A DNA stretch of 64,000 bases from Flavobacteriaceae bacterium (GTDB taxonomy: Bacteria > Bacteroidota > Bacteroidia > Flavobacteriales > Flavobacteriaceae): NCBI GenBank assembly GCA_018699935.1, contig JABISF010000009.1, positions 8,819 through 72,818 on the forward strand, read 5' to 3'. Below the pieces are notes generated by a model that saw only the letters and a list, made by a program, of their open reading frames with translations, was not told the DNA's origin and did not search any database. Both the position numbers and the translations under genes were made by a program. How positions within the stretch are numbered: the first letter of the stretch is position 1; each line of letters starts with the position of its first letter. Positions 1 to 9,367 of the stretch are shown piece after piece.

Positions 1-405
1 AAGACGTTCCTTTTTTGAAAGCGTTTCAAAAGTTCCGTCTTTTTTCATACGATCAATAGAAGCCATTTTTTTAACCGCCTTACGGATGGTTACAAAATTG
101 GTAAGCATTCCACCGGGCCATCTTTCAGTGATGTACGGCATATTGATGGCTTTTGCTTTTTCAGCAACGATATCTTTTGCTTGTTTTTTGGTTGCAACGA
201 AAAGGATTTTTCGTCCGGATGCTGCCATTTTTTTCAGTGCTGCATTTGCTTCATCAATTTTGGCTGCAGTTTTGTACAGGTTGATGATGTGAATCCCGTT
301 GCGCTCCATATAGATATAGGGAGCCATATTGGGATTCCATTTACGGGTAAGGTGTCCAAAATGGACGCCTGCGTTGAGCAGGTCATTTACTTGAGTGTTT
401 GCCAT
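1..405 (-). CDS. rpsB: 30S ribosomal protein S2, N-terminal part (3' end lies beyond the window edge)
   Basis: Absent from the ORF track because it is open at the window edge. My minus-strand translation from the ATG at 403-405 reads MANTQVNDLLNAGVHFGHLTRKWNPNMAPYIYMERNGIHIINLYKT..., a typical S2 N-terminus. Confidence 0.9.
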   Translation of the reverse strand, partial: MANTQVNDLLNAGVHFGHLTRKWNPNMAPYIYMERNGIHIINLYKTAAKIDEANAALKKMAASGRKILFVATKKQAKDIVAEKAKAINMPYITERWPGGMLTNFVTIRKAVKKMASIDRMKKDGTFETLSKKERL

Positions 406-550
406 TGTAACTTAGTTTACTTTCCTTGTGAATAGCAACAAATGATTTCATTTGTTTAGATGCTAAACTAATATCCGTCGTAACGGTTTGAGCAAGGGTA
501 TTATTAATAAATGAATGAACGGGGTGCTCCATAGGTAGCACCAATTACTA

Positions 551-937
551 TTATCGTTTGGAGAATTGGTATTTTTTTCTCGCTTTTTTCTGACCAAATT
601 TTTTGCGTTCCACCATTCTTGGATCCCGAGTTAACAAACCTTCGGGTTTCAATTGGGTGCGGTGCTCTTCGTTGATTTTACAAAGGGCTCTAGAAATGGC
701 CATACGAACAGCTTCTGCTTGGCCATTCACGCCGCCTCCTTTAACAGTGATTTTTAAATCGTAATTCCCTTCTGTACTGGTCAATAAAAAGGGTTGATTG
801 ATTTTGTATTGTAAGGTAGAAGTCGGGAAATAAACAGCGTAATCTTTTTTGTTTACGGAGATATTTCCTTTTCCTTCACTCATAAAGATACGAGCGATAG
901 AAGTTTTACGACGACCAATGGTATGAACGATTTCCAT
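551..937 (-). CDS. rpsI: 30S ribosomal protein S9
   Basis: 128 aa ending ...GQKKARKKYQFSKR, a typical S9 C-terminus. Its start overlaps the rplM stop (TAATG). Confidence 0.95.
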   Translation of the reverse strand: MEIVHTIGRRKTSIARIFMSEGKGNISVNKKDYAVYFPTSTLQYKINQPFLLTSTEGNYDLKITVKGGGVNGQAEAVRMAISRALCKINEEHRTQLKPEGLLTRDPRMVERKKFGQKKARKKYQFSKR

Positions 938-1392
938 TATAAATATTCGTTTATATTAATTGACTTTGGATTTTGTGCGTCTTGTTGGTGCGTATCTTCA
1001 GCATAAACACGAAGATTGCGGAACAAGTCTGCGCCTAATTTATTTTTGGGAAGCATGCCTTTTACAGCGTGTTCCACTAAACGACGTTGGTCTTTGTTGT
1101 GCATTTGTGTAGCATTCAGACTACGTTGCCCGCCGGGATAGCCCGTGTGGCGAATATATTCTTTTTGCTCCCATTTGTTCCCACTGAGGGTCACTTTCCC
1201 GGCATTGATTACAACCACATTGTCACCACAGTCGGTATGAGGGGTATAATTCGTTTTGTACTTTCCTCTTAAAAAGTTTGCAATAATTGCAGCCACGCGA
1301 CCTAAGGGTAGGTCTTTTACGTCCACAACGATCCATTCTTTGTTGACCGTGTTGGCGTTGGCAGAAATTGTTTTATAACTCAGTGTATTCAC
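937..1392 (-). CDS. rplM: 50S ribosomal protein L13 (GTG start)
   Basis: 151 aa, MNTLSYKTISANANTVNKEWIVVD..., a typical L13 N-terminus. It sits in the conserved rplM-rpsI pair. Confidence 0.95.
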   Translation of the reverse strand: MNTLSYKTISANANTVNKEWIVVDVKDLPLGRVAAIIANFLRGKYKTNYTPHTDCGDNVVVINAGKVTLSGNKWEQKEYIRHTGYPGGQRSLNATQMHNKDQRRLVEHAVKGMLPKNKLGADLFRNLRVYAEDTHQQDAQNPKSININEYL

Positions 1393-1432
1393 AATAAATA
1401 ATTTTAGCCCCTAGAAATAGTCTAACGGGCTG

Positions 1433-1440
1433 CAAATGTA
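1433..1440 (-). promoter_or_regulatory. Candidate Bacteroidota -7 promoter box (TACATTTG) for rplM-rpsI-rpsB
   Basis: Plus-strand CAAATGTA is TAcaTTTG on the minus strand, matching the TAnnTTTG consensus, 41 nt upstream of the rplM start. Confidence 0.35.
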
Positions 1441-1556
1441 CAATTAATAATGACTTTGAAAAAAAAAATTTAAGCTAATTTCAATGCGCTATGCACATCT
1501 TTCAATGGAATGAAATTTTTGACTTAAAAAAAAGCTGTTTTTTTGGGTTTCCACGG

Positions 1557-4382
1557 CTAATGTGCTTCCAACCAATTGTTGCCCAACCCAATATCTACCA
1601 CCAAGGGAACACCCAGTTCAAAAGCGTTTTCCATTTCTGATTTTACCAATACTTGCAATTCTTCAACTTCATCTTTGGGTACATCAAACACCAATTCATC
1701 ATGGACTTGAAGGAGCATTTTTGCCTTCCAATGTTCGTTTCTTAAACGTTTTTGAATCGCAATCATTGCCAATTTGATGATATCGGCAGCACTCCCTTGG
1801 ATGGGGGCATTGACGGCATTGCGTTCGGCGGCACCCCGCACCACCGCATTTTGAGAATTGATATCCTTTAAATATCTTCTTCTACCCAAAACGGTGGCTA
1901 CATAACCGTGGTCTCTTGCAAAATCAACTTGTTCTTGTATATAGGCCCTTAATTTCGGATAGGTAGCATAATAGGTTTCAATCAATTCTTTGGCTTCTGT
2001 TCGGTTGAGGTCGGTTTGTTGACTCAAGCCAAAGGCGGACACCCCATAGACAATTCCAAAGTTTACCGTTTTTGCATTGCTGCGCTGTGCTCTTGTTACT
2101 GCTTCCAAGGGAACATTAAACACTTTTGCAGCCGTGGCACTGTGAATGTCCTCGTTGTTTTGAAAGGCACTCAGCATTCCTTCATCTTTACTCAATGCTG
2201 CAATGATGCGCAGTTCGATTTGCGAATAATCCGCCGCCATGACTACATGGTTTTCATCACGGGGAATAAAAGCCTTGCGTACTTGCTGCCCCCGCTCCGT
2301 TCGAATTGGAATATTTTGAAGGTTGGGGTTGTTGCTGCTCAATCGACCGGTGGCAGCCACCGCCTGATTGTAGATGGTGTGTACACGACCGGTTTTGGGG
2401 TTGATTTCTTTGGGGAGGGCATCCACATAGGTGTTTTGTAACTTTTGTAGAGAACGCCAATCCAAGATATCGGAAACAATAGGATGCTCTTTGGCCAAAT
2501 AGGAAAGCACATCTTCGGCGGTTGAATATTGACCCGTTTTGGTTTTCTTTGGTTTATCGACCAATTTGAGTTTATCAAAAAGGATTGGGCCCAATTGTTT
2601 GGGCGAAGCCAGATTGAACGTTTCCCCCGCAGCTTCAAAAATGGCGGTTTCCAATTGAAGAATATCCGTGGTAAGGATTTTAGAAAGTTCTTGCAAATAG
2701 GCGACATCCAAATTGATTCCTTCGCATTCCATATCGGTGAGAACACTCACCAAAGGAAGTTCTACTTTTTGATATAAAGACAAGGTGTTGGCGGTCGTCA
2801 TTTCTTCTTGAAAGTACTCTTTCAATTGCAAGGTCACATCGGCATCTTCCACAGCGTATTCCGTTTGCTGTTCAATAGGAACATCCCTCATATTTCCTTG
2901 ATTTTTCCCTTTTTTACCAATCAGTTCGGTGATGGACTGCGCCGAATAATTCAAATACGTTTCCGCCAAAATATCCATATTGTGACGCATGTCGGGATTT
3001 ACTAAATAGTGCGCAATCATGGTGTCGAACAAGGGTGCATAAACGTGAATGTCATAATTTCGAAGTACTTTGAGATCGTATTTCAGATTATGACCAATTT
3101 TTTCGATTTCAGGATGTTCAAAAAAGGCTTTGAAGGGCGATAAAATTTCTAGAGCTTCCGATCGATCTTCCGGCAAAACCAAATAATAGCCCTTTCCTTT
3201 TGTCCAAGAAAAAGCAATTCCAACCAATTCAGCTTCCAAGGCATTGAGAGAAGTGGTTTCGGTATCGAAACATACACTTTTTTGTTGCAATAATGATTTC
3301 AGCAACAGTGCCGATCCTTTTGGTGTATTGACATACTGATACCAATGTGAATTGGAGGCTAAATTTTTTCGATCGGTGGCGGTTGTTTCTGTGATGGTTC
3401 CGCTACCGGGAGCAGCAAAAAGATCAAATTGTTGTCCTTCTTTATGCGGTTGTAGCGGAGCTTTTTCCGGGGGAGTATCAACAGTGGTGGGCAAGGGTGT
3501 GCCAAAAATCTTTTTAAAATTTTCGGCCATTCTTCTAAATTCCAGTGTTTCAAAAAGTTCACTCACCGCTTGATCATCGGGTTTGCTGAGTTCATAGGCC
3601 TCCGCTTGAAAACGTACAGGCACGTCCAAAAGGATTTTTGCCAACTCTTTCGACAATAAACCCAATTCCTTGTTGGCTTCAATTTTTTCTCTTAATTTCC
3701 CTTTTATTTCATGGGTATTTTCCAGCAGATTTTCCATACTGCCATATTCTTTTAAAAACTTTTTGGCAGTTTTTTCTCCCACGCCGGGCAAACCGGGAAT
3801 ATTGTCTACGGCGTCCCCCATCATCCCCAAATAATCAATCACTTGCTCGGGACGATCGATTTCAAATTTTTCTAAAACTTCTGGAATTCCCCATATTTCA
3901 ATTCCGTTCCCCATACGTGCAGGGCGATACATAAAAATATTTTCCGACACCAATTGGGCAAAGTCCTTGTCTGGGGTCACCATAAAAACTTGATAGCCTT
4001 CTTTTTCTGCTTGCTTGGCCAAGGTGCCGATGATATCATCAGCTTCATAGCCCTCTTTTTCCACCACCGGAATGTGCATGGCCTCCAAGATTTGCTGAAT
4101 GTAGGGAATGGCAATGCGGATGGCCTCCGGGGTTTCATCCCGATTGGCTTTGTAATCCGAAAACATTTCGGAGCGACTCACCGAGCCTCCTTTGTCAAAA
4201 CATACCGCCAAATGATCGGGGCGTTCGCGTTTGATGACATCTAATAAGGAATTGGTAAACCCCATGATGGCAGAGGTGTCCATTCCTTTGGAATTGATTC
4301 TTGGATTTTTAATAAATGCATAATACCCTCTAAAGATTAGGGCAAAGGCATCCAACAAAAAAAGGCGTTTTTGATTACTCAT
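1557..4382 (-). CDS. polA: DNA polymerase I
   Basis: 941 aa with a 5'-3' exonuclease N-terminus (LFLLDAFALIFRGYYAF), a 3'-5' exonuclease region and a family A polymerase C-terminus (QVHDELVFD, ...NWLEAH). Confidence 0.97.
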   Translation of the reverse strand: MSNQKRLFLLDAFALIFRGYYAFIKNPRINSKGMDTSAIMGFTNSLLDVIKRERPDHLAVCFDKGGSVSRSEMFSDYKANRDETPEAIRIAIPYIQQILEAMHIPVVEKEGYEADDIIGTLAKQAEKEGYQVFMVTPDKDFAQLVSENIFMYRPARMGNGIEIWGIPEVLEKFEIDRPEQVIDYLGMMGDAVDNIPGLPGVGEKTAKKFLKEYGSMENLLENTHEIKGKLREKIEANKELGLLSKELAKILLDVPVRFQAEAYELSKPDDQAVSELFETLEFRRMAENFKKIFGTPLPTTVDTPPEKAPLQPHKEGQQFDLFAAPGSGTITETTATDRKNLASNSHWYQYVNTPKGSALLLKSLLQQKSVCFDTETTSLNALEAELVGIAFSWTKGKGYYLVLPEDRSEALEILSPFKAFFEHPEIEKIGHNLKYDLKVLRNYDIHVYAPLFDTMIAHYLVNPDMRHNMDILAETYLNYSAQSITELIGKKGKNQGNMRDVPIEQQTEYAVEDADVTLQLKEYFQEEMTTANTLSLYQKVELPLVSVLTDMECEGINLDVAYLQELSKILTTDILQLETAIFEAAGETFNLASPKQLGPILFDKLKLVDKPKKTKTGQYSTAEDVLSYLAKEHPIVSDILDWRSLQKLQNTYVDALPKEINPKTGRVHTIYNQAVAATGRLSSNNPNLQNIPIRTERGQQVRKAFIPRDENHVVMAADYSQIELRIIAALSKDEGMLSAFQNNEDIHSATAAKVFNVPLEAVTRAQRSNAKTVNFGIVYGVSAFGLSQQTDLNRTEAKELIETYYATYPKLRAYIQEQVDFARDHGYVATVLGRRRYLKDINSQNAVVRGAAERNAVNAPIQGSAADIIKLAMIAIQKRLRNEHWKAKMLLQVHDELVFDVPKDEVEELQVLVKSEMENAFELGVPLVVDIGLGNNWLEAH

Positions 4383-4416
4383 AGGCTAAATATATAAAAC
4401 GATAGGATAGGGTTGG

Positions 4417-6195
4417 TCATCCAAGGGTTTTATTTAATAACAGGCTTAATTTTTTTATCATAGCAGCGGTATCCCAGCCCAATTCCTCCTGAAGTTTGGC
4501 TGTTTTTCCATGAGAAATAAATCGGTCAGGAACGCCTTCTAATTGAACAGGAACACTATAGGAATTTGCCGCAGCAAATTCGAGGATGGCACTGCCGGCA
4601 CCTCCGGCTTTCACCCCTTCTTCAAAAATAATTAAGGATTTGTAGTGGGTAAAAATATGATGCAAAAGGGTTTCGTCCAAAGGTTTGACAAAACGCAAAT
4701 CGAAATGACCGAAAGCTTCTGGGGAATCAATTTGTTGGAGGGCGGTTTCCACAACTCCTGTCAGGGGGCCCAAGGTGAGCACTGCCACCGTGGTCCCTGT
4801 TTTTAAGATTTGACCCTTGCCCCATGGAATTTTTTCAAACGCAAAAGAAACGGTCGTTAGGGTGGTATATCCTCTTGGATAGCGAATGGCAAGCGGATGC
4901 TTGATGCCGAGTTGCGCCGTGTATAAAAGATTTTGTAGAGTTTGCGCATCTTTGGGAACAACAATTTCTAGGTTGGGAATACTCCGCAAATAGGCAAGAT
5001 CAAAAACCCCGTGATGGGTGGGACCATCGTGCCCTACGATTCCCGCACGATCATTACAAAATACTACCCCCAAATTTTGAAGTGCTACATCGTGTATGAC
5101 TTGATCGTAGGCCCGTTGCAAAAAAGTGGAATAGACGATACAGAAAGGCAACATTCCCTGACTCGCCATTCCGGCGGCCAAGGTTACGGCATGTTGCTCT
5201 GCGATACCCACATCGATGCAACGATTGGGCAGTGCTTGCATCATAGGCACCAAGCCACTGCCGGTGGGCATGGCCGGGGTGATGGCTACAATCTTTTTAT
5301 TTTTCTGGGCTAATTTTAAAAGAGTTTGACCAAAAACATCTTGAAATTTAATTTTTTGATGGGGCTCGGCAGGGTTTAATTTCCCGGTAAGGGGATCAAA
5401 TTTTCCCGGTGCATGATAGGTTACTTGCTCATTTTCTGCTGGGGTAAGTCCTTTTCCTTTGGTGGTTACCAAGTGTAAAATCCGAGGGCCTTTAATTTTT
5501 TGGAGTTCCTGAAACACCTCTAGGAGTTGCAACACATCATGTCCATCCACAGGACCTGTGTAGTCTAAATTCAAAGACTTAAAAAAGTTGGGCGTCGAAG
5601 GGGCTTCTTTTTTTACGGTTTCAAAATAGTTTTTTAAAGCTCCCACACTGGGGTCGATTCCCATCGTATTGTCGTTGAGGATGATCAACACATTGGCAGC
5701 CGTTGTTCCCAAATGATTCAGCGCTTCAAAAGCCATTCCATTGGCTATGGAAGCATCGCCCACCACAGCGATATGCTCGCGATGGATTCCTTGCAATTGC
5801 GCACTCAATGCCATGCCCAAAGCAGCAGAAATTGCTGTGCCGGCATGTCCGGTTCCAAATGTATCGTAGATGCTTTCCTCGCGTTTGGGAAAACCACTAA
5901 TGCCGCCATACTGCCGCAATTGTTTAAAATCCGCTCTTCTTCCGGTCAGCATTTTATGCCCATAGGCCTGATGTCCCACATCCCAGATCAACAAGTCTTT
6001 TGGGGTGTTGAAACAATAATGCAGTGCTACGGTCAGTTCTACGGTCCCCAAGCTGGAGCCCAAATGCCCTTCTCCTTTGGCCAAAGCATGGATGATTTGC
6101 TGCCGTAAATAGCTAACAAATTCCGGCAAATCGGCTTGGGAAAGCGTTCGCAAATCTTCGGGCTGATGGACTGATGCAAATCGGTTTTCTGACAT
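4417..6195 (-). CDS. dxs: 1-deoxy-D-xylulose-5-phosphate synthase
   Basis: The ORF 4417..6228 contains transketolase-like motifs (GHAGTAISAALGMA, GDASIANGMAFEALN). I place the start at MSENRF (ATG at 6193-6195) because the 11 upstream codons look like read-in. Confidence 0.93.
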   Translation of the reverse strand: MSENRFASVHQPEDLRTLSQADLPEFVSYLRQQIIHALAKGEGHLGSSLGTVELTVALHYCFNTPKDLLIWDVGHQAYGHKMLTGRRADFKQLRQYGGISGFPKREESIYDTFGTGHAGTAISAALGMALSAQLQGIHREHIAVVGDASIANGMAFEALNHLGTTAANVLIILNDNTMGIDPSVGALKNYFETVKKEAPSTPNFFKSLNLDYTGPVDGHDVLQLLEVFQELQKIKGPRILHLVTTKGKGLTPAENEQVTYHAPGKFDPLTGKLNPAEPHQKIKFQDVFGQTLLKLAQKNKKIVAITPAMPTGSGLVPMMQALPNRCIDVGIAEQHAVTLAAGMASQGMLPFCIVYSTFLQRAYDQVIHDVALQNLGVVFCNDRAGIVGHDGPTHHGVFDLAYLRSIPNLEIVVPKDAQTLQNLLYTAQLGIKHPLAIRYPRGYTTLTTVSFAFEKIPWGKGQILKTGTTVAVLTLGPLTGVVETALQQIDSPEAFGHFDLRFVKPLDETLLHHIFTHYKSLIIFEEGVKAGGAGSAILEFAAANSYSVPVQLEGVPDRFISHGKTAKLQEELGWDTAAMIKKLSLLLNKTLG

Positions 6196-6255
6196 GCCGT
6201 AAAGGTAAGGAAAAGCAATAGTCAACAAATGCCTTTGGAATTTGTATTTTTGAAG

Positions 6256-6693
6256 ATGGAATTAGACGACCACTATTTTATGCAACATGCCTTGAAGGAG
6301 GCTGAAAAGGCCGCTTTGGCGGACGAAATTCCTGTGGGGGCAGTAGTGGTGGTAGAGCAACGAATCATCGCCCGAGCGCACAATTTGACGGAACGACTCA
6401 AGGACGTCACTGCCCATGCCGAAATGCAAGCCATCACTGCAGCAGCACATTATCTAAACGGAAAATATTTGGTGGGTTGTACGCTTTATGTCACCTTGGA
6501 ACCCTGTGTGATGTGTGCCGGGGCTTTGGCGTGGAGCCAATTGAAAGGGGTTGTATTTGCTGCCACCGATCCCAAAAGAGGATTTCAACAGGCCGGACTG
6601 GCACTGCACCCCAAAACCCAACTTCGCTTCGGGGTAATGGCACAAGAAGCCAGTGCTTTGTTGGAGGATTTTTTCGCTAAAAAAAGGAAATAA
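6256..6693 (+). CDS. tadA: tRNA-specific adenosine deaminase
   Basis: Carries the CDA zinc motifs HAEMQAI and PCVMCAGAL. I place the start at MELDDHYFMQHAL (ATG at 6256). Confidence 0.9.
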   Translation: MELDDHYFMQHALKEAEKAALADEIPVGAVVVVEQRIIARAHNLTERLKDVTAHAEMQAITAAAHYLNGKYLVGCTLYVTLEPCVMCAGALAWSQLKGVVFAATDPKRGFQQAGLALHPKTQLRFGVMAQEASALLEDFFAKKRK

Positions 6694-6696
6694 AAA

Positions 6697-6720
6697 AAGC
6701 GCTTCGGTAAGGAAGCGCTT
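6697..6720 (-). terminator. Intrinsic terminator hairpin between convergent tadA and the cold-shock gene
   Basis: Perfect 9-bp stem AAGCGCTTC / GAAGCGCTT with a 6-nt loop. On the minus strand a U-run follows it (plus-strand A7 at 6692-6698). Confidence 0.7.
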
Positions 6721-6742
6721 AGCAATAGTAATAATATATAAA

Positions 6743-6934
6743 TTATAATAAGGTAATGTCGGAAGCTTGCTTCCCTTTTTTACCGTCTTCTTCTACATAC
6801 TCTACTTTGGCCCCTTCTCTAAGGGTCACGCCGTTTAGGGCTGAAATGTGTACGAATACGTCTTCTCCAGACTCATCGTTGGTAATAAAACCAAATCCTT
6901 TGGCTTCATTGAAAAATTTAACTGTACCAGTCAT
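6743..6934 (-). CDS. Cold-shock domain protein (CspA family)
   Basis: 63 aa, MTGTVKFFNEAKGFGFITNDESGEDVFVHISAL, carrying the RNP-1/RNP-2-like motifs KGFGFI and VFVH. Confidence 0.95.
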   Translation of the reverse strand: MTGTVKFFNEAKGFGFITNDESGEDVFVHISALNGVTLREGAKVEYVEEDGKKGKQASDITLL

Positions 6935-7314
6935 TGTTTATTGTTAATTAATTTTGGCGCAAGGTACGCTTAATATCTAATTCTACGATGCTTTTCCCCC
7001 TTTTTATTTTCAAAAACCTTTGAGTATCAATATTTTTCATTTAAAAAATCATTTTTAAGATTCTTTTTTCTGAAAATTAAGGGCTGTTATACTACCAACA
7101 ATTCTTTAAACTTTTGTTATATAAAAATAATAAAACGGTGCAGTGGAAAGCAATTCCCGTGCAAAGTGATGAAGCCATTTAATAATTTTAATTACTAGTT
7201 TTTTCGGAAGCATGTTTATGCCCGTCTTTATAAAGGTGCAATAGTTGAGGGTTGATTTTTAAATATTCTGATAAGCCAGCTTCATTAAATATTTTGTAAT
7301 TCCAATTTCACCAA

Positions 7315-7548
7315 TCAATTTTCTTCCCGCATCTTTTTAAAATTCTCTTCGCTAAGCGTATAATCTTTCAATCGTTTGCCCTTCCAGCGGTGGTATAAAA
7401 ACAAAGGAAGATAAAGAAAGGTTCCTCCCAAAACGGAATAACCGATGATGCGTTCTCCCCATTTAAAATCGATTTGTGAACGGTAATAAAACCCAAAAAC
7501 GATGCCCGCCACTAATAAAATAAACAATAAACGCAAAACGATTTTCAT
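7315..7548 (-). CDS. Small two-helix membrane protein, unknown function
   Basis: 77 aa with two hydrophobic helices. Its start overlaps the aspS stop by 4 nt. Confidence 0.55.
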   Translation of the reverse strand: MKIVLRLLFILLVAGIVFGFYYRSQIDFKWGERIIGYSVLGGTFLYLPLFLYHRWKGKRLKDYTLSEENFKKMREEN

Positions 7549-9305
7549 TCTTTGGGCGGGGCTGTAGATTGTAGTGCTAATTCATGTAATTGTTGCGCAT
7601 CCAAGGGTGCCGGGGCATCAATCATCACATCCCGACCGCTATTGTTTTTGGGGAACGCAATAAAGTCCCGGATGGTTTCTTCACCGCCCAAAATAGCAAC
7701 CAAACGATCCAAGCCAAAAGCAATCCCACCATGGGGGGGCGCACCGTATTGAAAGGCATTCATCAAAAAGCCAAACTGCGCCTGAGCTTCTTCTTTGGAA
7801 AAGCCCAAAAGGTCAAACATTTCTGATTGCAACTGCTGGTCGTGGATTCGAATGGATCCTCCTCCAATTTCATTGCCGTTTAAAACCAAATCATAGGCGT
7901 TGGCTTTTACTGCACCGGGATCGGTTTTAAGCAATTCTTTATGTTCGGGTTTGGGCGCCGTAAAGGGATGGTGCATGGCGTGATAGCGACGGCTTTCTTC
8001 GTCCCATTCCAACAACGGAAAGTCAGTCACCCACAGCGGGGCAAATTCATTGGGGTTTCTCAATCCAAGGCGTTCCGCCAATTCCATACGCAAGGCACTC
8101 ATTTGAGTACGGGTACTGTTGACAGCTCCCGAAAGAACGAGGAGTAAATCCCCCGCTTTGGCTTCACAACGTTGCGCCCATGCTGCCAAATCGGCTTCGT
8201 TAAAAAACTTATCTACAGAAGATTTGTAACTCCCATCGGCATTGCATTTTACCCAAATCAATCCATTGGCACCAATCTGAGGGCGTTTTACCCAATCGAT
8301 CAGAGCGTCAATTTCTTTACGACTCATTTCCGCGGCATCGGGTACGGCAATACCAACGATCAAGGCTTGACTGTCAAAAACGCCAAAGCCTTTGCCTTGT
8401 GCCAAATCGTTCAATTCGGCAAAGGTCATTCCAAAGCGAATGTCGGGTTTGTCATTTCCGTATTTTCGCATGGCTTCCTCATAGGAAATTCGGGGAAATG
8501 CTTTGGGTTCAATTCCTTTGATTGTTTGGAGCAGTGCTTGGGTCAACCCTTCAAACTGATTCAAAATGTCTTCTTGTTCGACAAAGGCCATTTCGCAGTC
8601 GATTTGCGTAAATTCCGGTTGACGGTCGGCTCTTAAATCTTCATCGCGGAAGCATTTGACAATTTGAAAATATTTGTCCATTCCTCCTACCATCAACAAT
8701 TGTTTGAAGGTTTGTGGCGATTGAGGAAGCGCGTAAAATTGCCCCTCATTCATACGCGAAGGCACCACAAAATCCCGAGCACCCTCGGGCGTGGATTTAA
8801 TCAAATAGGGGGTTTCCACTTCTATAAATCCGGCCTTAGATAAATAATTCCGAACCGTCATTGCAACTTGCGAACGGAAGATTAATTTTTCTTTCACAGG
8901 ATTTCTGCGAATATCTAAATAGCGGTATTGCATCCGCAATTCTTCTCCTCCATCGGTTTTGTCTTCGATAGTAAAGGGAGGGGTTTGCGATGCATTCAGC
9001 AAGCTGAGTTTTTCTACCAAAACTTCAATTGCACCGGTGGTCATGTGTGGGTTTTTCGACTCGCGTTCAATCACAGTCCCTTCGATCTGAATGACAAATT
9101 CACGACCCAAGTTTTGCGCTTGTTCAAAAACTGTTTTGGGGGTGCGTTCTTCGTCAAAAACCAATTGTGTGATCCCATAGCGGTCCCTCAGGTCTGCCCA
9201 AATAATAAAACCTTTGTTTCGGCTTTTTTGTACCCATCCCGACAGGGTGACGGTCTGGTTTAAATGATCGAGGGAGAGTTCTCCACAATGGTGCGTTCTA
9301 TACAT
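7545..9305 (-). CDS. aspS: Aspartate--tRNA ligase
   Basis: 586 aa, [10 protein letters not shown]...[10 protein letters not shown], with class II motifs ([28 protein letters not shown]). Confidence 0.97.
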   Translation of the reverse strand: MYRTHHCGELSLDHLNQTVTLSGWVQKSRNKGFIIWADLRDRYGITQLVFDEERTPKTVFEQAQNLGREFVIQIEGTVIERESKNPHMTTGAIEVLVEKLSLLNASQTPPFTIEDKTDGGEELRMQYRYLDIRRNPVKEKLIFRSQVAMTVRNYLSKAGFIEVETPYLIKSTPEGARDFVVPSRMNEGQFYALPQSPQTFKQLLMVGGMDKYFQIVKCFRDEDLRADRQPEFTQIDCEMAFVEQEDILNQFEGLTQALLQTIKGIEPKAFPRISYEEAMRKYGNDKPDIRFGMTFAELNDLAQGKGFGVFDSQALIVGIAVPDAAEMSRKEIDALIDWVKRPQIGANGLIWVKCNADGSYKSSVDKFFNEADLAAWAQRCEAKAGDLLLVLSGAVNSTRTQMSALRMELAERLGLRNPNEFAPLWVTDFPLLEWDEESRRYHAMHHPFTAPKPEHKELLKTDPGAVKANAYDLVLNGNEIGGGSIRIHDQQLQSEMFDLLGFSKEEAQAQFGFLMNAFQYGAPPHGGIAFGLDRLVAILGGEETIRDFIAFPKNNSGRDVMIDAPAPLDAQQLHELALQSTAPPKE

Positions 9306-9333
9306 ATTTTCTTATGTTGTGGCAAAAATAAAA

Positions 9334-9359
9334 AATCCTGCACGGAGTGGTGCAGGATT
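9334..9359 (-). terminator. Intrinsic terminator downstream of the RND efflux operon
   Basis: 10-bp stem AATCCTGCAC / GTGCAGGATT with a 6-nt loop. A U-run follows on the minus strand. Confidence 0.7.
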
Positions 9360-9367
9360 TTTAGGCT

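Noticed and set aside
437-456. An 8-bp A/T-rich hairpin (AACAAATG-ATTT-CATTTGTT) in the rpsI-rpsB spacer, a possible S2 autoregulatory leader element. A second 6-bp stem lies near 516-535.
   Set aside because: The stems are short and AT-rich, with no U-tract and no conservation information. I cannot distinguish them from chance.
6935-7314. A 380-nt AT-rich non-coding gap upstream of the cold-shock gene, examined for a tRNA, an sRNA or a long csp 5' leader.
   Set aside because: I could find no cloverleaf, convincing stem-loop, TAnnTTTG box or ORF longer than about 10 codons. A long csp leader is plausible by analogy with enterobacterial cspA, but nothing in the sequence lets me support it.
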